DNA of 64,000 bases from Thermodesulfobacteriota bacterium (GCA_963675595.2 CAXXLZ010000002.1:512001-576000), one strand, 5' to 3'; positions 1-11,121 are shown, counted from the first letter of the stretch. The notes: generated by a model not told the origin, from the sequence alone. Made by a program: numbers and translations.

Positions 1-297
1 TACGAGTTGGCCGCAAGAATGGAACAGGCGGGCGCCGCCGCGGTAATCTTTACGGACATCAACCGGGACGGAATGCGCACGGGCCCCAACATTGAGAGCA
101 CATTGCGCATGTGCCGAACGGTGAAGATTCCGGTGATCTGCGCGGGAGGCGTCACTCGCCTCGACGATATCAAGGCCTTGCTTCCTTTGGCCTCCGAAGG
201 GCTTGCGGGCGCCATCACGGGCCGAGCAATCTACGAGGGCACTTTGAATTTGGCGGAAGCCGCTGCGCTGTTGCGAGGAGAATCTGGTTCCGTTTGA
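1..297 (+). CDS. hisA: ProFAR isomerase HisA, 3' part (cut by window edge)
   Basis: IIFTDI-like 'VIFTDINRDGM', 'IPVICAGGV' and 'GAITGRAIYEG' motifs. Confidence 0.9.
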   Translation, partial: YELAARMEQAGAAAVIFTDINRDGMRTGPNIESTLRMCRTVKIPVICAGGVTRLDDIKALLPLASEGLAGAITGRAIYEGTLNLAEAAALLRGESGSV

Positions 298-350
298 GGG
301 AAGGGCAGCCGGCGCCCGGCGAACATGTCGGCATTTTTGAGAAGTATAGC

Positions 351-379
351 TTGACATGCAATCGGGAATATCGTAATAA
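351..379 (+). promoter_or_regulatory. Putative sigma70 promoter of rpsU operon
   Basis: TTGACA (351-356), 17-nt spacer, TAATAA (374-379); -10 box is imperfect. Confidence 0.5.
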
Positions 380-426
380 TCTCTATTTCCGATGCTTACA
401 CCTTATTGGGAGGGAGTGATTTTTTC

Positions 427-624
427 ATGCCGGGCGTCCGGGTAAAGGAAGGCGAACCTTTTGAACTCGCCATGAGGCGCTTCAAGAAACAGTGCGAAAA
501 AGCGGGGATTCTCTCGGAGATCAGAAAGCGCGAGCACTACGAGAAGCCCAGTATCAAGAAGAAGCGCAAAGCGCTCGCGGCCAAGAAACGCGCCATGAAG
601 CGTATGAGACGAATGCACGGGTAA
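427..624 (+). CDS. rpsU: 30S ribosomal protein S21
   Basis: [42 protein letters not shown]; GGAG-rich RBS upstream of ATG 427. Confidence 0.97.
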   Translation: MPGVRVKEGEPFELAMRRFKKQCEKAGILSEIRKREHYEKPSIKKKRKALAAKKRAMKRMRRMHG

Positions 625-631
625 TTATCCC

Positions 632-1078
632 ATGAGCCTCTCGCAAACCCTGGATACGGCCTTCAAGGAATCCATGAAATCAAAGGATTCCCTGAAGGTT
701 TCCGTTCTCAGGATGATTCGCACCGCCGTCAAGAACAAAGAGGTGGAACTTCGGCGGTCACTCGACGACGATGAAATACTGAAGGTTCTTTCCACCCAGG
801 CGAAGCAACGAAAAGAAGCCATTGAGCAGTTTCTGGCGGGGAACCGCCATGATTTGGCCGAGAAAGAACAAGCCGAGCTGAAGATTCTCCATGAGTTTTT
901 GCCGCAGGCCCTCTCCAGGGAGGAAATGGAACGGGAGCTGGACGACCTCATTTCCGCTCTGGCGCCCGTGGGCCCCAAGGACATGGGGAAAGTGATGAAG
1001 GAGGCCATGCGCCGTTTCGCCGGACGAGCCGACGGCAAGGAAGTGAACGAACTGGTGCGGTCAAAGCTCGCCGGTTAA
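632..1078 (+). CDS. GatB/YqeY domain protein
   Basis: KQRKEAIEQF...FLPQ...KDMGKVMK...GRADGK motifs; usual position after rpsU. Confidence 0.93.
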   Translation: MSLSQTLDTAFKESMKSKDSLKVSVLRMIRTAVKNKEVELRRSLDDDEILKVLSTQAKQRKEAIEQFLAGNRHDLAEKEQAELKILHEFLPQALSREEMERELDDLISALAPVGPKDMGKVMKEAMRRFAGRADGKEVNELVRSKLAG

Positions 1079-1388
1079 CCTATTTTGCTCTCGAAGCCCG
1101 GGAATCAAGTGTCTGATTCATCGCTCATGACAATCGGGACCTTCGATCCGTCAGACTATTCCCCCATCCGCGATCCCTTCGGTGAAAACCGTCACCGGAC
1201 GCACCATACCGTTTCGTTCCGAGCGATTCATCAAAACCCGTCCAATCCGGCAGGAGGGTGAGTGCGTTTTTCCCGGGCAATGGATATGTTGTTCATATTC
1301 GCAGCGAAACCGGGTGATCCCCGCCCGAGCATTCCCAGCTTGAAGGAGGACGCTTCCCGGGTCGAATCGTGTCGACCGGGGGCTTTCT

Positions 1389-3761
1389 ATGGATGATCAA
1401 ACCCTGGAGGTCCTTGAATACACCGCCCTGTTGAGGCACCTTGCCTCATTTGCCTCCACAGAGGTGGGACGGGAACGTTGTCTGGACCTCAAACCCTCTT
1501 CCGACGCCGAAAAGATTCGGCTTCTCCTCAGAGAAGTCACTGAAGCCGGCGATCTCATGGACCGGGGATCATCGTCTCCTCTGAGTTCTTTCGAAGAGGT
1601 GCGTCCGTTGCTCGAATACGCGGCGGTCCAGGGAACGATTCTCGAAGGAACCGAACTCACGGACTTGTTGTCCTTTCTCCGAGTCTCCGAATCCGCCCGC
1701 GCCTTCTTCTCCGATCAGGACATACGATACCCCCTGCTCTGTTCCCACGCGTATCGTCTGACACCCCAGGATGAGCTTCTGAATCGTATCGTCAAAGCCG
1801 TGGCGCCCGATGGGACGCTTCGAGACGACGCCAGTCCCGAGCTCTTACGAATCCGACGCAGGCTTCAACAGGAAAAGCGCACCGTGCTCCAACGCATGGA
1901 AGGGCTCCTGGGAAGAAACGATCTCAAGGAAGTCTGGCAGGACAAGGTCATCACTTTCCGCAACGACCGTTTTGTTGTTGCGGTCAAGTCCGGAGCGAGG
2001 CACGCTCTCCCGGGAATCATTCACGACATCTCCCAAAGTAAGGCCACGTGTTTCGTCGAGCCGGCGGAAGTGGTGGACCTGAACAACGAGCTCAGTCTTT
2101 TGGGGCGGATGGAGAAGGACGAAGTACGGCGGATCCTTGCGGAGCTCACCTCCGTGGTAAGGGAGGAACTCCCTCTTCTTCATGAAAACCTTGAGGTGGT
2201 GGCCGACATTGATCTCATTTGGTCCAAGGCCCGCATGAGTCGCTTCTTGGACGCCGTCGAGCCGGAGCTCGGAGAGGAAGGCCCCACATTTCACGATGCG
2301 GTCCACCCCCTGCTCTACTTTCGCTGGAAAAAGGGTAAAGGTCCCACGCCGAAACCCATTTATCTTTCTTTTCCGGACGACACCCGCGTCCTGGTGATCT
2401 CGGGTGCCAACATGGGCGGAAAAACTGCGGCCCTCAAGACGCTGGGGCTGCTCAGCCTCATGGCTCAGTCCGGCATGCACGTTCCCTGTCGAGAACCCGC
2501 CCGAGCGGTGGTCTTCGACCGAATTTTCGCGGTAATCGGCGATGAACAGGACCTGGTTCACGACCTGAGCACCTTTTCGTCCCAGATGAAAAGAATTATG
2601 ACCATCTTCAGCCGGGTGAACGAGCGTTCCCTGGTTCTTCTGGACGAGGTGTGCACCAATACGGACCCTGTGGAAGGCGGAGCCTTGGCCCTGGCCTTCC
2701 TGGACCGGCTGGGTCGAATGAAATGCAGGACCGTTGTGACGACGCATTACGGAAGTCTCAAGGCGTACGCCGTCACCAACGATCAGGCAATGAATGTTTC
2801 CGTGGAAACGGATGCCGAGACGCATCACCCCGCGTACACACTGAAATACGGGGTCCCGGGCGTAAGCAACGCGCTCGCCGTGGCGAGCCTTCTGGGCATG
2901 GACCGGGAGTTGATTCGAAAAGCCGAGGGGTTCTTGTCCCCGGCCGATCGGGAGGCTCTTAATCTGATTCAGGACCTGGATCGAACTCACAGCCGCCTGA
3001 AGGAAGAGGAGCGACGCGCCGCTCGAACGGCGGAGGAGCTGGAGCGGGCCAAGGCGGCCTACGAAGGGATGAATCGAGAGCTCCAGGCCGAAAGACAAAG
3101 AATTTTGGACGAGGAACGGCGGTCGGCCCAAGAGGTGGTCCGAAGGGCGGAGCAGAACTTCAGGAGGATTCTCCGTGAGGCCCGGAAACTTCGTCAAACG
3201 CCCAAACCGCAGGAAGAGCATCGACTGCATGCGGAAATAAAAGAAATCCGCAGAGAGGTCATCGGTAAGCTCACCCCTCCGGCGCCGAGATCGTACACAC
3301 CGCCGCCGGCGACGGCGAAACCCGGAGACCTGGTGCGATTGCGCGGATCGAACCAAGTCGGCGTGTTGATGAGTCTGGGAGGCAACGGCGAAGACGCCCA
3401 GGTCATGGTTAAAGGTATCAAGGTCAAGACTCGCAGCGATAAGCTCGAGTTCGTCCAAGCCGTCGTGGCGCCGGCTTCCGCGGAACATCGCGTGGACCTT
3501 CGTCCCTTCCCTCACCCTTCCCGCGAAGTCAAGGTCGTGGGCATGAGGGTGGAAGATGCGCTGGACGTTGTGGACAAGAGCATTGATGAGGCCGTCCTGT
3601 CCGGAGTGGGAGAAATCGAACTCGTACACGGCATTGGCACGGGGCGGTTGAAAGCCGCAATCAGCGGCTTTTTGAAAGATCATAGTGCGGTGAGGGGATT
3701 TCATCACAAAGACCCTCACAAGGGCGGTCAGGGAGTCACGGTGGTCGAGTTGTCGGCCTGA
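1389..3761 (+). CDS. mutS2: Endonuclease MutS2 (RqcU-like)
   Basis: Walker A ISGANMGGKT, IGDEQ, STFS, LLDE motifs; C-terminal Smr domain HGIGTGRLK...GGQGVT. Confidence 0.95.
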   Translation: MDDQTLEVLEYTALLRHLASFASTEVGRERCLDLKPSSDAEKIRLLLREVTEAGDLMDRGSSSPLSSFEEVRPLLEYAAVQGTILEGTELTDLLSFLRVSESARAFFSDQDIRYPLLCSHAYRLTPQDELLNRIVKAVAPDGTLRDDASPELLRIRRRLQQEKRTVLQRMEGLLGRNDLKEVWQDKVITFRNDRFVVAVKSGARHALPGIIHDISQSKATCFVEPAEVVDLNNELSLLGRMEKDEVRRILAELTSVVREELPLLHENLEVVADIDLIWSKARMSRFLDAVEPELGEEGPTFHDAVHPLLYFRWKKGKGPTPKPIYLSFPDDTRVLVISGANMGGKTAALKTLGLLSLMAQSGMHVPCREPARAVVFDRIFAVIGDEQDLVHDLSTFSSQMKRIMTIFSRVNERSLVLLDEVCTNTDPVEGGALALAFLDRLGRMKCRTVVTTHYGSLKAYAVTNDQAMNVSVETDAETHHPAYTLKYGVPGVSNALAVASLLGMDRELIRKAEGFLSPADREALNLIQDLDRTHSRLKEEERRAARTAEELERAKAAYEGMNRELQAERQRILDEERRSAQEVVRRAEQNFRRILREARKLRQTPKPQEEHRLHAEIKEIRREVIGKLTPPAPRSYTPPPATAKPGDLVRLRGSNQVGVLMSLGGNGEDAQVMVKGIKVKTRSDKLEFVQAVVAPASAEHRVDLRPFPHPSREVKVVGMRVEDALDVVDKSIDEAVLSGVGEIELVHGIGTGRLKAAISGFLKDHSAVRGFHHKDPHKGGQGVTVVELSA

Positions 3762-3780
3762 ACAAGGAGTCCGGCGCAGG

Positions 3781-5544
3781 ATGAGTTCGGAAGCGGCTTT
3801 GGAACAGATCAGGCGGGCGGCGGACATCGTGGAGGTTATCTCCTCCGTGGTTCCCCTGAAAAAATTGGGGGCTTACTTCCGCGCGCCATGTCCCTTCCAT
3901 AAGGACTCGAACCCGTCCTTCACGGTGAATCCCACGACCCAGACCTTCTATTGCTTCGGCTGCCAGGAGGGGGGAGACGTCTTTTCCTTCTACATGAAGT
4001 ATCATAACCTGGGATTTCCGGAAACCGTCCGGGAACTGGCGGCGAAATTCGGCGTGAGCCTGTCCCGGGATTGGGGAGCAAGAAGCCGTGACCCCAAAGA
4101 GGACGCCCTGAAGGAGCGACTTTACGAACTGAACGAACAGGCCGCCGCTTATTACCATCGGACACTGCTCCATCCCGAAAGAGGCGGAAAGGCCCTCGAA
4201 TACCTGAAGCGGAGAGGAATCGACACCGAGATCATCCGAAAATTCAGGCTCGGGTATGCCCCGGCAGGCTGGACGAATTTGATAAACTTTTTCAGGGGAA
4301 AACGAGTCTCAGTCAAAGATTGCGAAACGGCGGGTTTGGTGATTCCCGGAAAGAACGGGAGCCACTACGATCGGTTCCGTGATCGAATCATCTTCCCCAT
4401 TATGGATACTCGGCATCGGGTGATGGGCCTGGGGGGGAGAGTGCTTGACCAAAGCCTTCCCAAGTATCTGAATTCGCCGGAAACTCCCATCTATCATAAA
4501 GGACGGGTCCTGTACGGGCTCCATACGGGGCTCGACGAGGGACGGCGAGCGGGCAAGACCCTTCTGGTCGAAGGATACATGGACTTGTTGGCTCTTTACG
4601 CCCACGGCGTCGGGAACGTGTTGGCCTCGTTGGGCACGGCGCTCACCCGAGATCAGGTCCGTCTCATGAAGCGCACGGGCGGGGCCGTGGTGGTGGCTTT
4701 TGATTCGGATGAGGCGGGCAGGAAAGCCGCCTTCAAAGCCGCGCCGCTGCTTCTCGAAGAAGGCGTGGCGTCCTACGCCGTCCAATTTGCCTCAGGCGAG
4801 GATCCCGACGACTACGTGCGCCGTGAGGGCGGGGATGCGGTGCGCACCCTGTTGGATGAGGCTCCCCCACTGGTGGACTTCTGTCTGGACTGGATATTGC
4901 GGAAACCCGTGCGGACCGCTTCCGACAAAGAATCCGCCCTGACCGAAGCCGCCCCTCTCGTTCGGGCGATTCCAAGCGAAATCGTCCGGCTCGAGGCCGT
5001 GCGTAAACTCTCCTCCGCTCTCCATCTGGACGAGGGGATCGTTTCGAGGACGGTCCAATCGTCGAGCAAGGCTTCGCTCAAGGAGCTTCCCAAGGGGCTG
5101 GTGCACGACGTCACCGTGAGAATGGAGGAACACCTGCTGGGTTTCCTGCTTCGGAACCCCGGCTTCATTCCAACTTTCATCAAAGACGAGTGCGTCGCCG
5201 AATTTGAGAGTGAGCACATAAAATCACTCGCCGTTTCTCTATTTGAGATTTTTGAGGATTCCGGGACTTCGGACACCGCCGTGCTCTTTTCCAGGTGCTC
5301 CGAGCCCCGAATGCAGAGTTTCATCGCCCGCCTCCTTACTGAGGAGCATCCGGAGGAAGCCGAAAACGCAGAAAAGATCGCCTTGGACTTCAGCAGAACG
5401 TATCGACGCCGAAGACTCCGAAGGCGGGAAGAGCGGCTGACCCAGCGAATCCAGGAAGCGGAGCAAACCAATAACATCGATCTCTTGCGTTCCCTGCTGA
5501 GGGAGCAACAAGAGCTGGTGTCACTAAGAACCCAAACGATTTAG
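3781..5544 (+). CDS. dnaG: DNA primase
   Basis: CPFH..CFGC zinc finger, [31 protein letters not shown] motifs. Confidence 0.97.
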   Translation: MSSEAALEQIRRAADIVEVISSVVPLKKLGAYFRAPCPFHKDSNPSFTVNPTTQTFYCFGCQEGGDVFSFYMKYHNLGFPETVRELAAKFGVSLSRDWGARSRDPKEDALKERLYELNEQAAAYYHRTLLHPERGGKALEYLKRRGIDTEIIRKFRLGYAPAGWTNLINFFRGKRVSVKDCETAGLVIPGKNGSHYDRFRDRIIFPIMDTRHRVMGLGGRVLDQSLPKYLNSPETPIYHKGRVLYGLHTGLDEGRRAGKTLLVEGYMDLLALYAHGVGNVLASLGTALTRDQVRLMKRTGGAVVVAFDSDEAGRKAAFKAAPLLLEEGVASYAVQFASGEDPDDYVRREGGDAVRTLLDEAPPLVDFCLDWILRKPVRTASDKESALTEAAPLVRAIPSEIVRLEAVRKLSSALHLDEGIVSRTVQSSSKASLKELPKGLVHDVTVRMEEHLLGFLLRNPGFIPTFIKDECVAEFESEHIKSLAVSLFEIFEDSGTSDTAVLFSRCSEPRMQSFIARLLTEEHPEEAENAEKIALDFSRTYRRRRLRRREERLTQRIQEAEQTNNIDLLRSLLREQQELVSLRTQTI

Positions 5545-5558
5545 CCGGGGTACCGTGT

Positions 5559-7364
5559 ATGTCCAAGACAAACATGGATGAACTCAAGCGTTTGATTTCC
5601 ATGGGCAAAGAGAAGGGCTACATTACCTACGAGGAATTGAACGATTCCTTGCCCGAACACATCGTCTCGTCCGATCAAATCGACGACATGCTGATGATGT
5701 TCGACGAACTCGACATCCAGGTAGTGGACAATCCTCAACATTTCAAAGTCAAAACCACCAAGAAGGATGAGCCGCAGGAGCAGGAGGTCGAAGAACCATC
5801 CGAACCCAAGAGCTCGACCGATTTGTTGGAACCCGCAGGCAAGGTGTCCGACCCGGTAAAGATGTATCTCCGGGAAATGGGCATGGTTTCCCTGCTCACC
5901 CGCGAAGGCGAAGTGGAAATCGCCAAACGGATTGAAAAGGGACAGAAGATGGTTCTTGAGACCATCTTCACCAGTTGGCTTGGTTTGAACGAGCTCCGAG
6001 TCACCCGTGACCAGCTTCTTAGGGAAGAAATCAAGCCCAAAGAAGTCATTACGGGTATTGACGACGACGAAGACCCATACTCGGAAGCGGAAACCAAGCT
6101 GCGCCAGGACCTTCTGGAACGTCTCGACCGGGTGATGGCCATCGCTTCGGAGTACGAACAGCTCTACACCAAGCAGGACTTCCCGGATCCTTTGGGTTAT
6201 CTGAAATCCGACGATGCCTCCTGCGTGGAACCGGAAACGGACGACGACGATTTCTCCTGCGAAGAACTCGAGGCGTGTAATCAAAGGATATTGGAAGCGC
6301 TGGCCGACCTTAAATTCGACAATAAGCCCGTGCAACGTATTTCCGATGTATTCCGGGCGGAGGTGGAAAAGCTGAGAAAAGCGGAACGCGGGGTTCGAGG
6401 TTGCTGCGAACGATCCGGACGTTCCATCAGCAGCCTCGAAGAAAACGCTCCGGGCAACGGCGATAAGCTGGTCAACTATTGTGAATCCATGGGGATTTCC
6501 CAAACCGAGTTGCGGGAGGTGTGCGAGATTTTCTCGACTCATCGAGAAGTCATCGAAGAAATCCAGTCCCGGTGTCGAACCAGCGCGACGGAACTGAAAC
6601 AGAACTACCGGAGAATCCTGCGAGGCCAGGAGATCGCCAACAACGCCAAGCGCGAGTTGGTGGAAGCGAACCTCAGGCTGGTGGTCAGCATTGCCAAGAA
6701 ATATACCAACCGCGGTCTTCAGTTTCTGGACTTGATCCAGGAAGGCAATATCGGACTCATGAAGGCCGTGGACAAATTCGAATATCAGCGGGGCTACAAG
6801 TTCAGCACCTATGCCACTTGGTGGATACGTCAGGCCATTACCCGGGCCATTGCCGACCAGGCCCGGACCATTCGTATTCCGGTGCACATGATCGAAACCA
6901 TCAACAAGTTGGTGCGGACTTCCAGATACCTGGTCCAGGAATACGGCAGAGAACCTTCTCCTGAGGAGATTGCCGAGAAGATGGAGTTCTCTTTGGATAA
7001 GGTTCGAAAGGTTCTGAAAATCGCCAAGGAACCCATCAGCCTGGAGACTCCCATCGGGGAGGAGGAAGACAGCCATCTCGGCGACTTCATCGAAGACAAG
7101 AAAGTCATGTCCCCGTCGGAAGCGGTGATCAACCTCGACCTCAGCGAACAAACCCGTAAGGTACTGGCAACATTGACGCCGAGGGAGGAAAAGGTGCTGA
7201 GAAAGCGTTTCGGCATCGGCGAAAAGGCGGATCATACCTTGGAAGAGGTGGGCAAGGTCTTCGATGTCACGAGAGAGCGCATTCGTCAGATCGAGGCCAA
7301 GGCGTTACGCAAGCTCAGGCACCCCAGCCGGGCGCGTAAGCTCAAGGCGTTTGTTGAGAGCTGA
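5559..7364 (+). CDS. rpoD: RNA polymerase primary sigma factor
   Basis: Region 1.1, [53 protein letters not shown]. Confidence 0.98.
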   Translation: MSKTNMDELKRLISMGKEKGYITYEELNDSLPEHIVSSDQIDDMLMMFDELDIQVVDNPQHFKVKTTKKDEPQEQEVEEPSEPKSSTDLLEPAGKVSDPVKMYLREMGMVSLLTREGEVEIAKRIEKGQKMVLETIFTSWLGLNELRVTRDQLLREEIKPKEVITGIDDDEDPYSEAETKLRQDLLERLDRVMAIASEYEQLYTKQDFPDPLGYLKSDDASCVEPETDDDDFSCEELEACNQRILEALADLKFDNKPVQRISDVFRAEVEKLRKAERGVRGCCERSGRSISSLEENAPGNGDKLVNYCESMGISQTELREVCEIFSTHREVIEEIQSRCRTSATELKQNYRRILRGQEIANNAKRELVEANLRLVVSIAKKYTNRGLQFLDLIQEGNIGLMKAVDKFEYQRGYKFSTYATWWIRQAITRAIADQARTIRIPVHMIETINKLVRTSRYLVQEYGREPSPEEIAEKMEFSLDKVRKVLKIAKEPISLETPIGEEEDSHLGDFIEDKKVMSPSEAVINLDLSEQTRKVLATLTPREEKVLRKRFGIGEKADHTLEEVGKVFDVTRERIRQIEAKALRKLRHPSRARKLKAFVES

Positions 7365-7401
7365 GGATACGGCGCCGCTTTGCGGCCGGCCGTACATCAC
7401 A

Positions 7402-7426
7402 GGGGCCGAACGGCCCCGTATTCTTT
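7402..7426 (+). terminator. Intrinsic terminator after rpoD
   Basis: GGGGCCG-AA-CGGCCCC stem followed by GTATTCTTT. Confidence 0.6.
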
Positions 7427-7507
7427 AACCGGGATCATACATGGTCGGTTTGTCCTGCACCGACCCCGGCGAACGGATCGACCGGCCGGATTCTTCCGGC
7501 TTTGGGC

Positions 7508-7537
7508 TTGACAGCGTTCGAGGACAGATCCTATGGT
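7508..7537 (+). promoter_or_regulatory. sigma70 promoter for tRNA
   Basis: TTGACA-N18-TATGGT ending 16 nt before the tRNA. Confidence 0.6.
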
Positions 7538-7553
7538 TTGGACAAGCAAGTCA

Positions 7554-7626
7554 GGGCCCATAGCTCAGTTGGCAGAGCCACCGGCTCATAACCGGAAGGT
7601 CCCAGGTTCGACCCCTGGTGGGCCCA
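7554..7626 (+). tRNA. tRNA with CAT anticodon, most likely tRNA-Ile2 (lysidine); CCA not encoded
   Basis: GGGCCCA/TGGGCCC acceptor stem, TAGCTCAGTTGGCAGAGC D arm, CCGG-CTCATAA-CCGG anticodon arm, GGTTCGACCC T loop; downstream of rpoD like E. coli ileX. Confidence 0.92.
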
Positions 7627-7734
7627 TTAGTAGTCGAAACGCTTTGGAAAACGACATTGTTCATACAACGATCCCGAACCCATGAGGGCGCCCGAACCAG
7701 GTTTCGCCCTCATGGTCATTTCTGACAGGGAGAA

Positions 7735-8850
7735 ATGGTCCGCATACGGGACATAGTAAATTTCTTCGAGGAATGGGCGCCGGCCCATACCGCGGAGGAG
7801 TGGGACTCTGTGGGTCTGCACATCGGAGATCCGGAATGGGAGGTGAGCTCGGTGTTGCTGGCCCTCGATCCCACCGGCGACGCCCTCCAAAAAGCGGTCG
7901 AAACCCGTTCCGGCCTTCTCTTCACCCACCACCCCCTCTTTTTCAAACCGATCAAAAACCTCGTCTTCGGTAATCCCGCAACCACCCTCGTGGAAACAGC
8001 CCTGAGGCACCAAGTGGCGGTTTACTGCGCCCACACCAACCTCGATGCCGCCATGGGGGGTGTAAACGATGTATTGGCCTCTCTCCTGGACATCCGTGTG
8101 GAAGGAGATCTCTCCGAAAGTCCTCCGGATCGCATGTGCAAGGTCGTGGTGTTCGTTCCCCCGGATCATCTGGAAAAGGTTCGTTCCGCGATCTTTGAGG
8201 CCGGTGGCGGGGTGATCGGAAAGTATTCCGGATGCTCATTCAATCTGCAGGGCACGGGCACTTACCTGCCCGAGGAAGGAACACGGCCCTACTCCGGTCG
8301 TGTGGGCCGTCGGGAAGAAACGGACGAAGTTCGGGTGGAGGTCGTGGCGCCTCGGGACCGGGTGGAAGGGATCATCCGGAAGACCCGCGAGGTGCATCCT
8401 TATGAGGAACCGGCGTATGATGTCTATCCATTGATGAATCCCACTCACCGAGGAGGAATGGGACGGATCGGCCGCCTCCCCGAGCCCATGGCCATGAAAA
8501 GTTTTGCGGAGAAAGTGCGTGGGCGGTTGGGGCTGAATCGGATCAAGGTCGCAGGCGACCCGGAAAAACGAATCGAAAAAGTCGCCGTCTGTGGAGGTTC
8601 CGGAGGATCGCTTCTGGGCCACGCCTTTCGACATCAAGCGGATGCATTCATCAGTGGAGAGTTCGGATATCACCAGGCCCTGGACGCGGTGGCGCAGGGA
8701 CTGACATTGATCGATACGGGACACTTCCCTTCGGAGAAACCGGTGCTGGAAGAGGTAAAGCGCCGTCTGGAAAGCCGTTTTTCCGGTAACGACGGGAATT
8801 TGGCCGTTCAGGTGTTTCACGAAGAAAAGGACGTGTTTTACTTTGCTTAG
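7735..8850 (+). CDS. Nif3-like dinuclear metal centre hexameric protein (YqfO type with PII-like insert)
   Basis: WDSVGL, THHPLFF, AHTNLD, HPYEEPAYD, AVCGGSG, GHFPSE motifs. Confidence 0.93.
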   Translation: MVRIRDIVNFFEEWAPAHTAEEWDSVGLHIGDPEWEVSSVLLALDPTGDALQKAVETRSGLLFTHHPLFFKPIKNLVFGNPATTLVETALRHQVAVYCAHTNLDAAMGGVNDVLASLLDIRVEGDLSESPPDRMCKVVVFVPPDHLEKVRSAIFEAGGGVIGKYSGCSFNLQGTGTYLPEEGTRPYSGRVGRREETDEVRVEVVAPRDRVEGIIRKTREVHPYEEPAYDVYPLMNPTHRGGMGRIGRLPEPMAMKSFAEKVRGRLGLNRIKVAGDPEKRIEKVAVCGGSGGSLLGHAFRHQADAFISGEFGYHQALDAVAQGLTLIDTGHFPSEKPVLEEVKRRLESRFSGNDGNLAVQVFHEEKDVFYFA

Positions 8851-8859
8851 GGGGTAGTT

Positions 8860-9618
8860 TTGATAGAATCAATCAAACGACTGATCGAACTGGCAGGAGA
8901 AGATGAGCAGATCCGGAAGCTGGAAGCCAGGCACGCCTCAATTCCCGCGAAGCTCCAGGAGATGGAGCAGAAGTCGGAAACCTTGAGGCAGGAGCTTACG
9001 GAGAATGAACAACGACTCCAGGAATGCCGGACCCGCAAGTCTCAGTTGGAAAAGGAAGTCGAAGAAATTCGTTCCAACATTTCGAAGTCCAACTCCAAGA
9101 GGTCGAAAATCAAGACCAACCGGGAATACTGGGCCATGATGAAGGAGGTGGAAGACCTCAAAGTCCTGCTGAAAACCAAGGAGGACGAGATCATCGCGGC
9201 CATGGAGGAGTTGGAAGGCATCGAGAAGACCTGCGACTCTCTCAGACATAATATCGAGTCCGTTCTGAAGGAGTCTGAAGGCGAGGCTCAACAGCTGAAA
9301 GGAGAGCTGAAAGAGGCGGAAACGGACCTTGAGCGCCATAGAACGGTCCGCCTCGATATTGTCGCCCCCATCGACGAGGACCTGCTTTACCAATATAATC
9401 GCCTCCTCAAGGTCCGGGGTGGTGAAGCCATCGCCGGTGTCCGCGACGGGGTATGTATGGCCTGCAACATGATGATTCCGCCGCAGCAGTATAACGAGCT
9501 CCAACGCAGCGACCGGCTGATGAAATGTCCTCATTGCCAACGCATCATTTACTGGCTGGACCATAAGGAACTTCAGGACTATATTCCTCAGCAGTTTGTT
9601 CGAGCGGAGGAAGAATGA
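8860..9618 (+). CDS. Coiled-coil C4 zinc-ribbon protein (CT398-like)
   Basis: Long coiled coil then CMACNM...CPHCQRI; usual partner of Nif3. Confidence 0.9.
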   Translation: MIESIKRLIELAGEDEQIRKLEARHASIPAKLQEMEQKSETLRQELTENEQRLQECRTRKSQLEKEVEEIRSNISKSNSKRSKIKTNREYWAMMKEVEDLKVLLKTKEDEIIAAMEELEGIEKTCDSLRHNIESVLKESEGEAQQLKGELKEAETDLERHRTVRLDIVAPIDEDLLYQYNRLLKVRGGEAIAGVRDGVCMACNMMIPPQQYNELQRSDRLMKCPHCQRIIYWLDHKELQDYIPQQFVRAEEE

Positions 9619-9726
9619 CTTCTCCGCGTCCGTTTTCGAAGCTCTTCGAGAAAATACCTTGGGCGCCCGGGTTGACTCGTTGAGTTATTGATCCAACCAT
9701 TAAACACAAACCGACTTCGAATGGTC

Positions 9727-10107
9727 GTGTTGGAGTAGTCCGGGTGATCGCCGGCTCCTTTTGTGAGCGGGAGGAAAGTCCGAGCTCCTCAGGGCAGGGT
9801 GGTCCGTAACGCGGACTGGGGGTGACCCCAAGGAAAGTGCCACAGAAAGTAAACCGCCTCCTTTATAAGGAGGTAAGGGTGAAACGGTGAGGTAAGAGCT
9901 CACCAGGTCCGGCGGCGACGCCGGATGCTCGGTAAACCCCACCCGGAGCAAGACCAAATAGGAGGGGAGTATTGAGGCGGCTCGTCTCTGACCCTCGGGT
10001 AGGTCGCTTGAGGTTCCGGGCAACCGGAGCCCTAGATGAATGATCACCGTCCCTCCCGGGGTGACCCGGGAAGGAAACAGAACTCGGCTTACGGACTGCT
10101 CCAACAC
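9727..10107 (+). ncRNA. rnpB: RNase P RNA, bacterial type A
   Basis: GAGGAAAGTCCGAGC, GGAAAGTGCCACAGAAA, GGGTGAAACGG, GGTAAACCCC, GGAGCAAG, ACAGAACTCGGCTTAC motifs; ends pair (GTGTTGGAGTAGTCC/GGACTGCTCCAACAC) and are followed by a T run. Confidence 0.97.
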
Positions 10108-10401
10108 TTTTTTTATTCTTTGTGGGAGGCTCATCAACAAACCCCTGAAAAATCCCGTCGCTTCAAGCCGGTGAGCAGGCACGACTCGTAACGCTCGCGA
10201 ATCCCGGGGAACGGCCGGCACACAAAGCGAGCCCCGGTGGAGGAAAGTGAAGCTCGGTCCCCGGCTTGCAGACGGAGGGTTTGTCAGGGAGCCCCACGCG
10301 GCGACACGTTCTCGGGCCCACGGGTTTTTCCCTCCCGAAGAAAAAGGCGTTTTCAACGGAGGCACGGCCGCCAAGCGGTTCTGTGCCTCGACTTTTGCGG
10401 T

Positions 10402-11121
10402 ATGGACATGACTTCCCCTGTTTCGACCACGGCCTGCTGTTTCGCGGTGATCCCCGCTGCGGGACAGGGAATCCGCATGGGTACCGAACTCCAGAAGCAG
10501 TTTCTGGACCTTCGAGGAAGACCCATCCTCGCCGTGACCCTCGGTGTCTTCCAGCGATGTGATCAAATCGAGGGGGTGGTGCTTGTGGTCCCGGAGGACC
10601 GTATCGGTTTTTGCCGTCGGGAAATCGTTGAAAGATACGGTTTCTCCAAAGTAGCCTCCGTAGTGGCCGGGGGCCCCGAGCGACAGGATTCCGTATATAA
10701 CGGTCTGATGATGGTGCCGGAATCCGTTGAACTGGTGGCGATTCATGATGGGGTTCGCCCTCTGGTGTCTCCGGAAATCATTCGTCGAACCGTTGAGGCC
10801 GCAACGGTTTCCGGGGCGGCTCTCCCGGTTCTCCCTGTCCATGAAACCGTGAAGATGACGGAGGACGGCGTCACGGTCAGCCGCACCCTGGATCGACGGC
10901 GCGTCTTTCTGGCTCAGACGCCTCAGACGTTCCGGCGAGAACTCATCATTCAGGCCCACGAATGGGCACGAAAAAAGGGAATTCTGGGAACGGACGACGC
11001 CATGCTCGTGGAACAGACGGGCAAGAAGGTACACATGGTGCCCGGTTCCGGTGAAAACATCAAGATCACAACACCGGCCGACCTCGCCGTGGCCCAGTTG
11101 TCGGCGCGAGGCGGGTCATAA
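10402..11121 (+). CDS. ispD: 2-C-methyl-D-erythritol 4-phosphate cytidylyltransferase
   Basis: VIPAAGQGIRMG, KQF, GGPERQDSV, IHDGVRP, AQTPQ, TDDA, NIKITTP; start moved to ATG 10402 (or 10408). Confidence 0.95.
   Translation: MDMTSPVSTTACCFAVIPAAGQGIRMGTELQKQFLDLRGRPILAVTLGVFQRCDQIEGVVLVVPEDRIGFCRREIVERYGFSKVASVVAGGPERQDSVYNGLMMVPESVELVAIHDGVRPLVSPEIIRRTVEAATVSGAALPVLPVHETVKMTEDGVTVSRTLDRRRVFLAQTPQTFRRELIIQAHEWARKKGILGTDDAMLVEQTGKKVHMVPGSGENIKITTPADLAVAQLSARGGS

Noticed and set aside
1096-1278. 6S RNA
   Set aside because: Arms are too asymmetric for the 6S rod and the usual zapA/ygfA context is absent; kept only as a weak structured-RNA note
1845-3827. Long antisense ORFs (also 5541-7235, 20427-21695, 21591-22682, 59153-60730 and others)
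   Set aside because: Shadows of real genes in GC-rich DNA; no recognisable motifs
7554-7626. tRNA as a prophage/island attachment site
   Set aside because: No duplicated 3' end or integrase seen; housekeeping genes continue
9700-11034. 444-aa minus-strand ORF
   Set aside because: Antisense to rnpB and ispD
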